The notes: a model not told the origin generated them from the sequence alone. DNA of 64,000 nucleotides from Selaginella moellendorffii (GCF_000143415.4 NW_003314265.1:2026777-2090776), one strand, 5' to 3'. Positions 1-16,726 are shown, counted from the first letter of the stretch. A program made the numbers and translations.

Positions 1-386
1 CCACGGATGTCCCAGGTATGGTTTGTTTTCCATTCGCATCTAGCATCAACTTCGAGCGAGTTCTCACGACACAAACGAAAACGAAACAGGTTCTTCGGAT
101 TCTCGAGGGCGAGATGATAATCGACCCGGCTCCAGCCTCATCTCTCAGCGACGAAGATATCCCTTCCAGGCCAGTGAGCGAGCCGACGCGGCGGTCGACG
201 AGCGCCATCTCCAGCCGGAAGAACAGGTACATTCCCAGCAGCGTCGGCCACTACAGCTCGGGAGCTGCCAAGGAAGATGGAGCTCTCGCAAGGCCAAACT
301 CTGGCAACTTGACACTAGAAGAGCTCAAGGCTGCGTATCGACACAAGCTCGGTCATCGCAGGCTCTCCCTGGGCGATGCTTTGTAA
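1..386 (+). CDS. 3' end (last two exons) of a receptor-like cytoplasmic protein kinase
   Basis: Exon PRMSQ (1-15), GT-AG intron 16-89, exon VLRILEGEM...* (90-386). (R)PRMSQVLRILEG is kinase subdomain XI of PERK/UspA-type RLCKs. Confidence 0.75.
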   Translation, partial: TDVPGMVCFPFASSINFERVLTTQTKTKQVLRILEGEMIIDPAPASSLSDEDIPSRPVSEPTRRSTSAISSRKNRYIPSSVGHYSSGAAKEDGALARPNSGNLTLEELKAAYRHKLGHRRLSLGDAL

Positions 387-574
387 CATAGCATTGTGAT
401 TTTGCGCTTATATTCTATGTAAATTGCGAAGAGATGATTTTGTTAGTATTCTTTTTCGGCGGTCCAGATTATGTTCTTTCTTGTTTTTGACGGTTGGGAT
501 CTGCTGACGATGCTGCCACGTTGGCACAAAAGAATTTTCTGACACGTGGCAGGATTCTCTAGGGTTTATCGGCA

Positions 575-2677
575 ATGGGGACAGTGGTGGAGAGCGCCAC
601 TGAGCAAGCGAAGACGCTCGTGGCGGCGCTGTGCAGGCAGTTCTATGGCCTCGGCTGGGTGTCTGGAACTGGCGGAGGTGTTACTCTCAAGGTGGAGGAT
701 CCGCAGCTCCCCATGGCCGATCGCTTGATCGTCATGGCTCCCTCAGGTAAAATTTCTGCGATGCGATGCGAGCATTGTGATCTTGGGATTCGTTTCGATC
801 TCCCAGGAGTCCAGAAGGAAAAGATGAATGCGGAGGATATGTATGTGCTGGATAAGAATGGGGCCGTCCTCTCCACACCACTGCCATTGCCTCCTCCTCA
901 CAAGCCGCCCAAATGCACGGACTGTGCTCCTCTTTTCATGAAGGTTCTAAAGCTTCTTCTTTTACTTTTTTTTTTATTCTTTCTTCTCATGAGACTTGGA
1001 TTCGTGACTTAGGCGTACACGATGAGGAATGCTGGAGCTGTGATTCACAGCCATGGAATGGAGAGCTGTCTCGTGACCATGATCGATCCCGGTGCCAAAG
1101 AGTTTCGGGTAATACTTTTCTTTTTCTCTTTTTATTCATTTGAGCTCCATCTCGTGTGGCTGCTGTAGATCACTCACATGGAGATGATCAAAGGAATCAA
1201 AGGGCATGGTTACTACGACGAGCTTGTAGTCCCGATCATTGAAAACTCTGCGTATGAATACGAGCTCACGGACTCCTTAGCAGCAGCCGTGAGTAAAAGC
1301 TCGTTCGTTTCTCACTGTTGTCTTTCTGATTCGTGTTTTGCTGGAAGATTGCCGCTTATCCACGAACGACGGCGGTGTTAGTGAGAAACCATGGGATTTA
1401 CGTCTGGGGTGACTCGTGGATCAGTGCTAAAACTCAGGTGATAGTATTTTTGCCAGCTTGACTCTTAATCTTTTGCGAAACAGGCAGAATGCTACCATTA
1501 TCTTTTTGACGCCGCACTTAAGCTTCGCCAGTTTGGCCTCGACCATACAAACCCCTTGCATGGACCAGTGAAGAAACTCAGCCTTGCAGCTCCAAAGAAA
1601 AACTATCCCGTAAGAAATACTGTCCATTTATGCGGCTTTTATCAAATGTTTTTCTTCTGCTTTGCAGCGTGTGATTTTACTTGATATTGAAGGCACCACC
1701 ACTCCCATATCGTTCGTGACGGACGTTTTGTTTCCCTATGCGCGTGACAATGTGGGAAAACACCTCTCAGCCACTTACGATTCGAAGGAGACTCAAGATG
1801 ATCTAGAACTTCTCAGGCAACAGGCAAGATTTCAATGGTTTTGGTGGCAGCAGAAATCAAGCTCTCGTGTTATGACAAGCAGGCTTCTAAAGACACGAAG
1901 GAGGGAAACGTGCAAGCGCAGCTCATTCCTCCAAGTGATGCTCCTAAGGACGAAGTCATTGCGGCAGCGGAGCGTAACGTTCTCGCCATGATTGCTGCCG
2001 ATCGCAAAGTTACAGCCCTCAAACAATTGCAGGTCTGGTCTTGTTTTTAATCAACGTTTCTTGATCCTTTGCATCACAGGGACATATTTGGAGAACAGGA
2101 TACAAAAACGGTGAACTCAAAGGCCAAGTCTTTCAGGACGTTCCTGAAGCACTCTCCTTGTGGCATTCTGCCGAGTCGAAGGTCTGATAGAAGTTGCCAA
2201 AGCACGATGTTGATGTTGTCGCCTTCTTCCTTTCAGGCCTATATTTACTCGAGTGGGAGCCGAGAAGCGCAGCGGCTGATCTTTGGGAACACAAACTTTG
2301 GTGATTTGAGGAGATACATTTCGGGCTACTTCGATACCGTGACAGGGTGAGATTTTCTGCACTTGGTTCATTACATTTGCTCCTCGCATCTCATTCCTTT
2401 TCAGAAACAAACGAGAGGCACGGAGTTACACTGAAATCTTCCTTTCGGTGGGTGCCGACGAGCCCTCTCAGATTACTTTCGCCACGGACGTGCTGGCTGA
2501 AGCTGTTGCGGCTAAAGAAGCTGGTAATGTCTGGGAAAAAAAAGCGAGGGATGTGTTGCTAATGTATCATTGCTTTTGTTGCCAGGCCTGGACACTGTGA
2601 TACTTGAGAGACCAGGGAATGCACCGCTGCCTAGCGGTCATGGTTTCAGGACGGCAAGCACCCTTCTCGAGATATAA
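575..2677 (+). CDS. DEP1: Bifunctional methylthioribulose-1-phosphate dehydratase / enolase-phosphatase E1 (methionine salvage), multi-exon
   Basis: MtnB motifs [37 protein letters not shown], followed by a HAD domain ([30 protein letters not shown]). Stop TAA at 2675-2677. Confidence 0.95.
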
Positions 2678-3011
2678 GATTGGGACTCAAAGTTTGCAAG
2701 CTCTTACTCAAACAAAGAATAGCGTCTTGGCATATTCGAGAAGCTAAGTTATCGGGTCACGTGGCTTTGGGCTTGTGAGAAGTCTAGAGGATAGCATCAG
2801 GGCCTTAACACCAAGAAGCAAAGTTTTTTAACCTTGTATTCTCAAACCAGGAGTCTCCAGTTCGTCCTTCTTGGCTCTTGGGATACCAGCCGGTTTGTGA
2901 GCTTTATTCACGAAGTTCACGGGTGAATCATCTAATAGCGCCTCGTCAAAGTCCTTACTCCCGAGATGCAAGACTGCTAAATAAATGGAATTGTTCCCAC
3001 GGAAACAACAG

Positions 3012-4668
3012 CTAGCGACAAATGTTTGCAACTTTGTAAATGTATTCCTTTCTTTTCAAGGAAACCACCTCTGCCAGAGCGTAAACTCCCTGCAACGTTG
3101 TTCTATGGCACCGTTGCAGTCTCATGGTGCAAAAACAAAAGGAAGTTAGAGAAACCATAAAGAAAACTAAAGAGAACATAGACCTGGAAGGTTGAAGCCT
3201 CTCCTAGCTCTTTGAACAAACATTTTGGTTAGAGCAAACAGCTCACGAACCTTTGACTTCCATTTCGTTGAACAGCAAACATGCTAGTTAGACAAACCAA
3301 TATATGAGTTGATTCAGGCGTCTTTTCTTGTAAATTCACACTGTGCACATTCTTTTGCCTTTGGAGTTTTCATGATCGTTGTTTTCATTGAGGTTGGACC
3401 ATTGTCAAGTACGTCTTCAGCTGGATTGAAGTTCTGAAGATCACGTTGTTTCTCAGCCGGCAGGTCTTGCGTTGAGCACAGCAACAACATAATTCAAAGC
3501 CTCTCCAAAACGTTGACACAAAATCTCTCCAATCTCGTAGCATTTTTCTTTTTGAACACGGCGTTTTTTAGTTCTTATCGTGGTTGAGCAGTACCAACAC
3601 GTCAATTGTCCTTTTCATGACAAGAAATTAGAACAAATTGAAACACATGCAAACCTGAAGCTAAGTATTCTCAACTTTCAATAATGTTCCTTGGACCCTT
3701 GTTTTGCACTTAGCTTGTTTGAGCTGTTTTATGAGCATATCATCTTAGCTTGACTGTGTCCCTAGTTCCCTTTTGCGTTGAGCATAGCATCTTCTTGACC
3801 CGTCGAAAATAAAGAGCGAACCTGATGTCTTCAAACGTTGAGAGTTCAACACGAATTCAAGCCTTTCATTTATCGTTGATCATTCGATCCTAGCTCGTTG
3901 CGAGCAGCTTCGCTTTCTTGTCTCCAGCAAATCTCTCTTGTTTCGTTGTCTTACTCGCTTATTCCTAACACAAAGAAAAGCCCTTACCTTGAGAGGTGGA
4001 GAGGTGCGAGAGTTACGGATCATGATCGCTGTTGTCATTGTCATTTACGTCTTCAGCTGGATTGAAGTTCTGAAGATCGCAGGTGCCCAAAAGTTGTTTC
4101 TCAGCTCACAGGTCTTGCCTTGAGCGCAGTAACAACATAACTCAAAGCACTGACAATCTCTCCAAAACGTTGACACAAAATCTCTCCAATCTAGTAGCAT
4201 TTTTCTTCTTGGCACACGCTGTGACATGGCGTTTTCCAGTTCTTATCGTTGTTGGCAACACCAACATGTCACTTGGCTTCTTCATGACAAGAAATTAGAA
4301 CAAATCGAAACACACGCGAACCTGGCAACATGAAACTAAGTGTCGTTGATCTAGTTTTGTTTGTATTCACAGAGCGTTGTCCATCCGTTGTTTCACTTGT
4401 TTGAGTTGTTTGTTGTGTCACTGGCTCCCTTTTGCGTTGCAATCGCGAACCTGGTGTCCTCGAACGTTGAGAGTTTCAACACGATTTTTTGATCGCCTCT
4501 AACAGACCTCTTAGCTCGTTGCAAGCAGCTTTAACGCAAAGAAAAGCCCTATCTAAAAAAACTTACCTTGCGGGAAGGGAGAGAGAAGCACCTGGAGCTC
4601 CGATCAATGGGCAGAGTGGAAGGGTCGCGACCCCAACCCCAAGACATCCCGTCGGCTGCATCCACCAT
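3012..4668 (-). CDS. Putative spliced gene of unknown function containing an internal duplication; may be a pseudogene
   Basis: ATG at 4668 opens MVDAADGMSWGWGRD...SRK, followed by a GTAAGT donor. Several further donor/acceptor-like sites occur on the minus strand. Possible last exon ...VYALAEVVSLKRKEYIYKVANICR*. Full exon chain not resolved. Confidence 0.3.
3410..4580. repeat. Diverged tandem duplication, units about 3410-4000 and 4047-4580
   Basis: Shared blocks such as acgtcttcagctggattgaagttctgaagatc, ctctccaaaacgttgacacaaaatctctccaatct and tcatgacaagaaattagaacaaat occur in both units. Confidence 0.85.
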
Positions 4669-4756
4669 CACTGCCCTAGCCCTTCATCAACGATGTACCC
4701 TAAGTTTGAGTTATTTTATATAGGCAGGGCAAAAAGGGAAAACGAGAGCTGCTAAA

Positions 4757-6060
4757 TTACTCGTCGAGGGGACGAGGAATCCTGCTGATCGGACAGCCTG
4801 CTGGATGGCTCTTCCGTGCTGCTGTTGCGTGCCTGCACGGTAAGCTTCTGGATCTCAGCCGCCGAATGCATCGCACCGTCGTGCAAAACTCCCTGAAATG
4901 TAAAAACTCTTTAAGCAAATGAAATGCACAGACGAGATCTTACCCCCAGGGGTCGTCTCCGACGAGCAGCATGTCGCCTTCGTTATCTACGTACACGGCT
5001 TGCCACTCGGACCCGTTCAGGTTCTTGTCGATGCCGAACAGATGCTGCAGCTCCTCCAGGAGTTCCCTGTATCCCCGAAACTTGCGCAAGTCCAAAGCTC
5101 GTCCCACTGCACCGTGTTTGTGAAGCTTTGAAAAGTAGAAGAGATTCAGAGTCTGGCGCTTCAAATAAAGAATGAGATCTTACTTTGGTGCACGTCCTGC
5201 TTGCTGCTGCTGGTTCCAGTTCTGGCCAGTGACTCGAGATCCTTGTGGACGTCGTCTTTGGCGGTGCTGGCCAAAGCTGTCTTTGCTTTCAACCAGAAAC
5301 CAAATAGTGTGCACTCGCGGTCAGAATCGTTTGCATTACCTGGGGCTCCCCAACTCCTGAAAGAACAAAAAAGAGTAGACAAAAAAGCATTACATAAGAA
5401 GTTACTGGGAGCCTGTTGCTGCGAGGACACATGTGAAGCTTAAGAAAAGAGTGTCTGTTGTATGTAAGTAGACTGGGCAACTTAATGCTGCTTGCCAATA
5501 AGCGAAGCTGCTGGGTGGAGAAGGCTGCTGCGGTTCTCGAATTGTGGAGGAATCTTCTGCTCTCGAAACTGCTGAATGCAAAGCCTAAGCTGCTGCTGGT
5601 GCATATCGACTTTACGATGAGATGGTAGCCCCTCGTTTCTGGGGCTTGGCAATCCAGAAGGAAAACCAGGAACACTACGACCACTCAGGTGTCAGTCGAA
5701 AGTCATACGACAATCATCTTTGTCAGATCCTACAGGACACCCGTAATTTGCAGGCATCTCACAAATACAAGGCTGACGAGAGGGAAAATTTTCTCAGACC
5801 AACCGTGAATTAAAAGTGCATGTAGAGAGTACTTATGTCTGTGAGCATTGTTGGCCTGCCTGAATCTCTTCGTCGAAACCGGGGGAGTCACATTGAGCAA
5901 TAAATGGATCTATCTCTCATGCCTGTCTTTCACTAGCCGCGTGCTCAGCTAAAAAATGCGTCACTTGAAGACAGGACTCTTTACCTTTGGGAAGCGCCAT
6001 TTAGAGCCAGGCCATCGAGCCGGATCGATATCGCCAATTCCAGTAATAGTTCCCATATAT
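4757..6060 (-). pseudogene. ARF: Class-B auxin response factor remnant (part of the dimerisation domain plus PB1; no B3 domain seen)
   Basis: [25 protein letters not shown] exon (5985-6060), a CTLFGF repression-like motif, and SRTCTK|LHKHGAVGRALDL...YVDNEGDMLLVGDDPW (PB1). The next exon has a stop, and the last exon is frameshifted (CIR then AEIQKL in another frame). Confidence 0.85.
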
Positions 6061-7775
6061 CTGACACTACCGGTGGAAACCAGCAAGTCGGACGAGAAGA
6101 GGTCCGCGTGGATTCTTCTGCCGGCCTGGAGCTGGCGCAAAACCTGAGGGAGGAGATGGTGATGGAGAGGTTGGGTCTCTCACCTTTGCTGCGCGTCCCA
6201 TCGCAGAGTTTGCGAGCCTGTTTGATATCGTAGAGCTATCAAACTCGAAACTCGATCGATAAAACTTACTTGCGGGAATGGACTTGTTTGATGCTCCCTT
6301 GAGGCGAGTTCTCACTCGAGTCGGTCCGACGTTGAAAGTGTGGACGAAGTCGGGAAAGGTTGGATTTTCAAGAAATTTAGAAACGAAAAAAATGCTGTCA
6401 AAAGTTGTGCTACCTACTCCTGCTCAAAAACTCTAATCCTCGGAATGAGGCTCTCACCATCACTCGTTGAAAACATACAAAAAAAAAAGAGCGCGTGATC
6501 CCTTCACTGGCGAGAGCTAGAGCTGTAGCGATGCTCGGTTACCCGCCTGACGCGATGTGCCCCGCATTATCAGCCACGTCATCATCCCCCTCCGAGGAGG
6601 ACACCGTGCTGACTCCCACCTTGAAGCGGGCGCGCTCATACCATTGGTGTCTTCGCGAGCTCTTATATATCAAATCAAAGCCCTTGAGCTTGGGCATATG
6701 GGATAGGGCACTCTAGTTAGGGCTGCTCAGCATATTCTTTGATCCCTAGGGCAGGGACCTTTTTAGGTTTGTTTGGTTTTAAAGATCAAGGAATCCCCTG
6801 TGAATGGATGGACTCGATCGATCAGAGCGCTCGGGGCGTCTCGTCCTTCGCTGCCGGTGACGAACATTGGTTCTCCTGTAAACAACGAGATATCTGGTAG
6901 ATCAAATTCAAGATACTCGGCTTCTTGAGCAGCAGGAAGAAAATGCGGATGTGCTTCGGTACGCCACGGCTTCATTGCTCGTACCAGAGATGAGTTCCAT
7001 AACAGGTGATCCCTACATGGCGCAGCAAGCACAGCCACCACGATTTAGAAGATGCAGAAGGATGAAGATGGGAAAGAGGAATGGCTATAAAAAATGATAT
7101 GTCAACCCCAAAGCAGAGAAGCTTGTAGAATGGTGGACAAAAACATCAAAGATGACAACCTTCTTGCTTCTTTTCCTTTTTTCTTTTTTTCCCTTCAGAA
7201 GCTTGGACAAACAATTGGTGGAAGGTCCATGATGGAGCGGATATCCTAATAAGAGCCGGCTAGAAGTGGGCCAAATATGGAGTTGGAGCTGGTAATCTTT
7301 TAAGTCTTCATATAGTTTTAAACTAGTGTGAGATGAGTCATGCTTCATGGTAGATGCTGCAAAACCATGTAAACAGCATATGGATGAATGAATGGATCAG
7401 ACATTCAGCCTTCTTGCTTGCATCCTCTAATCACAATGCTCAAAACCTGTCTTTTCCACCAACAAAGTCTTTCTTCATCCTTTCATGAATAGATATGTAG
7501 GGAAATTAAAGTCAAACTAAAAAATCAACAAGCTTACCAAAAAGAATGCAAGCCTCAGAAATTTTTCTCCGCTGAATCGACTTTCTTATACACTGCCCTA
7601 CGGCACGTAGGATAGCTTCTCGTCACGTGTCGCACAACCACGTAACACATTTTGGACCGCCAAAAGATCAAAAGATCGTATATGGTCCCAAGTTTTAATT
7701 GACAATACAGCAAGGATGAGAATACGGCACCACCTTTGCTGAAATGATTCCTATCATTTTTATCGGTGAATTTTT

Positions 7776-9918
7776 CTAGAGAACTGGCACCTCTCGACGC
7801 CATTGGTGTTGTTTCTTTTGCTGTTGTTTGATAGCCCGTCTCCACGGAGTGCTCTGCTGCTGCTCGCTGCTCCTAATCTTTGCCTGGCCTTTCCCGTTCT
7901 GTGAGCCTTCGAAAAAGAGATCAAGTCGATGGAATTCGCCTTAGAGCTTTTAGTCCTTAAGAGGGAAAGAGCTTACCCGTAGATATCTGGTTCGCGGCTT
8001 TCAAAGCCTCATCGGCAAGCTTTTTCCACTCGTCCGCCACGGAGTAACTTATTCCCATGCCCATGCTAATGCCTCTAAGTATGTGAATCGTTCTAAGGAG
8101 GAAAAACAAATCCCTGGGAAACTTCTGCAAAACAAATGGTACACAGCTATCAGCAAAAGTGAGACCAAGAATGTAAGAGATACACTCACGGGAACTGATA
8201 TCTGCTTGAGAAGCGAGTCGTCTGCAAACGGATTCACCACTGTTAACCCACCGGGAAGTTTCGTGTCAAACATGATTGTGGCCAGATCTTTGATCGAGCC
8301 CTCACCAATCATGGACAGTTTCGAGATTTCAATCCCCAAGTCCCTGACGAGAGACATTTTTCATCTTTACCGTCGAAAGAAGGCAACAGCTTACCCGAAA
8401 GCTAGCTCAATCCGCTTTGGATCATGAGAAGACATTCCAAGTATCAGCCTCGCAAAAGCGAGCCGCAACTCATTAGGGAGTTCCTTCACTTGTCCGTAGT
8501 CCAGTAATGCCACCTGCGGCAATCATCTCATCCACAAAACTATTCTAACATGACAAGAAACTTTACCTTGCCATTGCTTTTCACAAGTATGTTTCCTGGG
8601 TGTGGGTCAGCTTGGAAAAACCCGTCTCTCAATATCATTTGGCCGTAAGCTGCAGTGATATCCTTCAATATCGATCTGCACAGTTGAATCAGTAGAGAAA
8701 AGCTCGCAAAATGCTCACCTCTTTGCATGGTTCGCAACACTTCCGTGGGGATTAATGCCTCGTTTAATCATCTCATCCGCTATACGTAGAATCGGAATGC
8801 CCTCAACAAAATCCATTACCAGAACTTTTCTATAGGAAAACAGAAGATTAGAAAGTGAATATACAGACTTTAATCTAATGTACCTTGTTACGAATCCTGG
8901 AACAGGACGAGGAACCTGAATGGGAGGGCTCCCACGATTCTCTTTGCTTAAAGTAACCGCAATCCGATCCATTGACTTCGCTTCCCTCAGGAAATCGAAT
9001 TCATGGTGAACCTGCCTAACAAAGAGCTTAGAAACATACATACGAAAGCTTCGTTTACCTGCTGCTCGAGTTCGTCGACAGCCGAAACAAGATCAAACTT
9101 TACATCGAAACGCTGCAAGAATGCTCCAAATGTTTTCTGATTGGATATATCAGTCATCATCAGCTCTTCAGCACCAGGATGTTGCACCTAGAAAATGGAA
9201 CGATAAAACAGTCAGGATAGATCCGTAACAGAAGCAGGTCTTACTTTGACAGCAACGTCAGTCGATCGACCCTTTAACCGCGCTCTGTGAACCTGGCAAC
9301 AAGAGTTAGTAGAGAATTCCCGCAGGTTGAATGACAGTACCTGAGCGATCGAAGCACAGCCAAGGGGCTTCTGATCGAAACGTTCGAAGAGTGCATTGAT
9401 TGGGTTTCCAAGCTCAGCTTCCACAATACCCTGGACAGTCTCGAAAGGTGTAGGAGGAGCATCGTCGCACAGCACAACAAGCTTCTTCACCCAAGCTGCA
9501 GGAACCAAATCCGGTTTTGCCAGAACTTGAGCAGACTAGAATCAAAGCCAAAGTGTCCATTTCACGAAGAAACAATTTTCGCATCAAAAAACTTACTTTT
9601 AGGAAGAATCCACCGAGGTCAGTACAAAGAGCGTAAACCTTTTCGGCCGCACTCTCATGCTGTTCCTCCCAAATCCTGTCTTGCTCCTGCTTGTCACTGA
9701 CGAACTGGACCCGGATTTGGCACACCTGCACATCAATTGCCAGTGTCACGAAATTCTTCCCTCCTCAAAAACCCCACCTTGTAGCTGGCATAGATCGACA
9801 TGCAGCGCATCCAGAACTGCATAGTCCGATCGATGGTGCGCTTCTTGCTCTCAATGTGCACATCTCGCTGCTGCTTGTCCAGCATAATATGAGCCCACTG
9901 CCTGGTCCTGTTCTCCAT
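7776..9918 (-). CDS. ABC1/aarF atypical protein kinase (ABC1K family), multi-exon
   Basis: DLGGFFLK, PLGCASIAQVHRA, VAVKVQHPG, EFDFLREA, GFFQADPHPGNIL and ALLDYGQVK motifs across short GT-AG introns. Confidence 0.92.
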
Positions 9919-10301
9919 GGCCCTGTAAAGCTCTACAGCTACTACCCCAATCCTTCCAAGCCCGCTGCCGCCACCACCGCTAACGTCGCAGCCATCCCAT
10001 TTCTTCTTTTTCACTCTGCCCTGGAAACAAATTGGTTTCTCACCACGTCCTCTGCCACGTCCTCTACCACATCATCGGCCATTCTGGTCCACGTCGTCCT
10101 TCACACGTCTCCCATGCACTTTTTTTTTGACAGATTTGCTTTGGATTTTCGGTCTCTCCTTTTTTTCCAGCCGTCACGGGCTTGTTGCTTCCGAACATAA
10201 AGATCGATTTTCCTGTTGCAACAAACCAAGTATTAAATCAAATATTTGAAAATAAAGGACTACACCATTACTTGCCGTATAAGATCAAAAATATTGTTGT
10301 G

Positions 10302-13658
<3,357 letters not shown>

Positions 13659-13729
13659 TGCCGCTCTAGCTATCAATCATCGATCAATCCATCCAAGCCA
13701 TAAACCCTAGAACCCTAGGTAGCTAGCAA
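13659..13729. promoter_or_regulatory. 71-bp spacer between the divergent start codons of FtsHi2 and HISN7, with telo-box-like AAACCCTAG/AACCCTAG
   Basis: ATGs at 13658 (-) and 13730 (+); taaaccctagaaccctagg at about 13701-13719. Confidence 0.55.
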
Positions 13730-15259
13730 ATGGATAGTATCTTGGGAAGCGGCATTTTCAAGGATTGTGGAACGGGATCGCGCTGCTGCTCGCGATCGCT
13801 GGTCTACGATCCTAGAGCGCTCCCTTCCGGCCAGCGCTTTGATTCCAGGTCGCTAGCGCTGCGCTCGCAGTGGAGCAAATCAAGATCAAGGTATAGTTTT
13901 CGCATGGTAGTGGTTTTTTGCTGACTCTTGATGAGCATTGTCTCGAGCTTGCGAGTTCTACCGATGGACGAGACGAGAAAAACCAGTGACGCGACGCTGG
14001 ATGGATTCGTGAGTCTAGCACACGAGCTCGCGGACGCTGCCGCCAAGATCAGTCTCAAGTACTTCCGGACGCGCATCGAGGTCATTGATAAGCTTGATCT
14101 CAGTTGAGTATATGTGCTTCTTTTTATCGCTCGAAGCTTCTCCTTTCTGGTGAATGCAGGCCCTGTGACTATAGCCGATCAAGCTGCCGAGGAAGCCATG
14201 CGAGCTTTAATTCTCCAACGTTTTCCCTCTCACGCAGTGTAAGCTTGCAGCAAAGTCTCTCGTGTGTATCATCGCTTTCCTACAGCTTTGGAGAGGAAAG
14301 TGGCTTGACCATGCCTGATTCGATTGCGGAGTATGCCTGGGTCCTAGATCCGATCGATGGAACCAAGAGCTTCATCACTGGTTGGTATTCTTCTCGATGC
14401 TCTTCTAATCACTTCCTCCATGCGTTTGCAGGGAAGCCAGTTTTTGGAACACTGATATCGTTACTCCACGACGGTGTTCCAGTAAGTATTCTCACTTTTT
14501 CTCTTACACACATGAAGACTTTTCTTATACCGCACGGTTTGGAAATTCCAGATACTTGGGATTATAGATCAACCGGTCTTGAAAGAGCGGTGGCTTGGCG
14601 TAGCAGGACAAGTCACCTTACTCAACAATCGAGAAATCAGCACTCGTTCGTGTCATTCGCTCTCCAGTGCCTACTTGTATCACGCTTGGTTCTTTCTTTC
14701 AATCCTTTTCCAAAGTATCTAACTTCGCAATGGTGCCAGGTACACCACGAGCCCGCACTTGTTTGACAAGCTCTCGGAGCAGGCTTTTGCTCGCATCCGA
14801 GAAGAGGTGTTTTGCCACTTTTCTTTTCCTTTTTTCCTTCACGTTATCTGATTGTGCTCTAACTTACCAGGTGAAAGTTCCTCTGTATGGATGCGATTGC
14901 TATGCCTATGGTCTTCTCGCGGCTGGACATGTCGATCTCGTGGTTGAATCCGGACTCAAGGTGAGAGCAGTGGTTTTACAAACATCTCTAAAACAAGATC
15001 CTTTTCTTCCAGCCATACGATTATTTAGCATTGGTACCAGTTGTGGAAGGCGCTGGAGGAGTCATAACCGATTGGCAAGGCAACAAACTAACGTGGAAGC
15101 CGGACTTTCACGAAGGTAACTCTTCTGGAAACACTAAAGAGTCGCATTCATTCTTGTTTCTTCATATCCACAGAGCTAATCAAAACGAACGTGATCGCTG
15201 CTGGCGATTCGAGAGTACACAGAGCTGCTTTGGGCCGGCTCGATTGCCAAGCGAGCTAG
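13730..15259 (+). CDS. HISN7: Histidinol-phosphate phosphatase / inositol monophosphatase-like 2, plastid
   Basis: SPVTIADQAAEEAMR, FGEE, WVLDPIDGTKSFITGKPVFGTLI, GCDCYAYGLLA and LKPYDYLALVPVVEGAGGVITDWQG. Confidence 0.92.
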
Positions 15260-15368
15260 AGATCACGAACGTGTTAGAAGTCACGAGAAACGAAATAAGT
15301 TCCACATTTATGGGAGCTAAAGTTATAAGGGGCTCTCTCTCAAGCTATATGATACAGATACTCGAGCT

Positions 15369-16726
15369 TTAGAACAGCCGTCGACGAAATCTAGCACCAC
15401 CGCCGCCTGGGCCGCTTCCTTCCTCTTCAAACTCATCAAACGCGTCTTCTGGATCCACGTCTTTCGCTGGCTGGTTACGCAGGTACCGAAACGGTGGATC
15501 TCCCATGGACGAGTATGGTAAGAGTCCCAGCGATCGAGCTGTTTTGATTTCTCGAGCGATTCTCCTTTGGGACTTCAGGCTGATGCTCGTCTATAACAAA
15601 CGCCAAAACACAAGTTCAAACAATGGAAGAAAGATGAGGCACTAGATTCTTACGGTTTTTCTCGGAAGTATTCTCGACGTCTCGGACAGGAAAAGAGAGA
15701 GGAACTTTATGTTCTGCACCCATGCAAAGAATGAAACAGTGCTTTAGAACAAGAAAGTGTAAGCTACTGAAATACCCGGAAGTCGGCTGCTGCAAGGACC
15801 TCGTTCTTTTTCATAACTTTCTTCTGCCGTTGTGGCATCTCTGTTGGATCGCTGGAGGCGATCCTGGTAACATCAAAATCCTAAAATGAGAGGACATGAG
15901 AACAGAAGAAAAACTAAGAGAACACCAAAATATAAAAAGTAGAAACGAATGAAGAAACAAACCTCCGGCTCGATAGTTTGTCCGGGAAAGTAGACCCTGT
16001 CTGGTCTCAGCTGATATGGCTTGGTAAAGTCGTCCCTTCCCATTCCTGGAAGATTCAATAGCCCTTTCGGAGTCACAAACTTCTGGAGCTCCTCGCTCCA
16101 AAAGACCGCGTCGTCTTGATCCAGCATCGACTCGTGGTTTTCCGGATCAACATCGTCGTCGAACGGCACATTCTCTTCGTCGTAGCCCCGCTGCGTCATC
16201 AAGCTGTCCCTCCGCTCCTTTCGATCGGCACCCTTCTCTATCCGGGTCAGTTCCTGGAGGAAGTCATCCTCCTCCGGCCGCTCCTCAGCGGAAGCCTGCT
16301 GTTCTGTGCTCCCGGAACTTTCCTCGGGAAAGTCATGGAAATCGGTTTCTTCTTCCTCGCCTCCAGCATTCCCGAGAACGTACTTCTCGAAGTCCTCAAT
16401 AGCTCGCTTAGAACCACCACCACCTGGAAAATGGCCAAGCGCTTTTGATCTCTCTATACTAAAACTCTGTTCCATACCTCCCGCCTTGGTAGCCATCCAA
16501 GCTCTTGAGAGCTTGGACCCCGCCAGCGGCGTCGTCTTCCATTGCGGCCCCTCCTCGGCGATACTGCTCGAGGCAAAAGTCTGGAAAACGCAAAGACAAG
16601 GCCTACATTCATCAGCAAAGTACCCTAATCACGCCCCGCGGCCGCACTGACCTGAGAATAAAGCGGCGAGGACGATCTCCAGCTCCAGAGCTTGGACGCG
16701 ACGCGCCCCAAGCGCCAGCGCCCCAT
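15369..16726 (-). CDS. Mitochondrial ribosomal protein S18 family protein with acidic N-terminal extension
   Basis: Arg/Ser-rich presequence MGRWRLGRVASKLWSWRSS. S18 core ADFRNIKFLSLFLSETSRILPRKT..ISLKSQRRIAREIKTARSLGLLPY. Telo box AAACCCTAA at 16771-16779 upstream. Confidence 0.85.

Noticed and set aside
6067-7550. Short ORFs upstream of the ARF relic, as possible captured gene fragments (Helitron/Pack-MULE)
   Set aside because: No termini, hairpin or recognisable domains could be supported.
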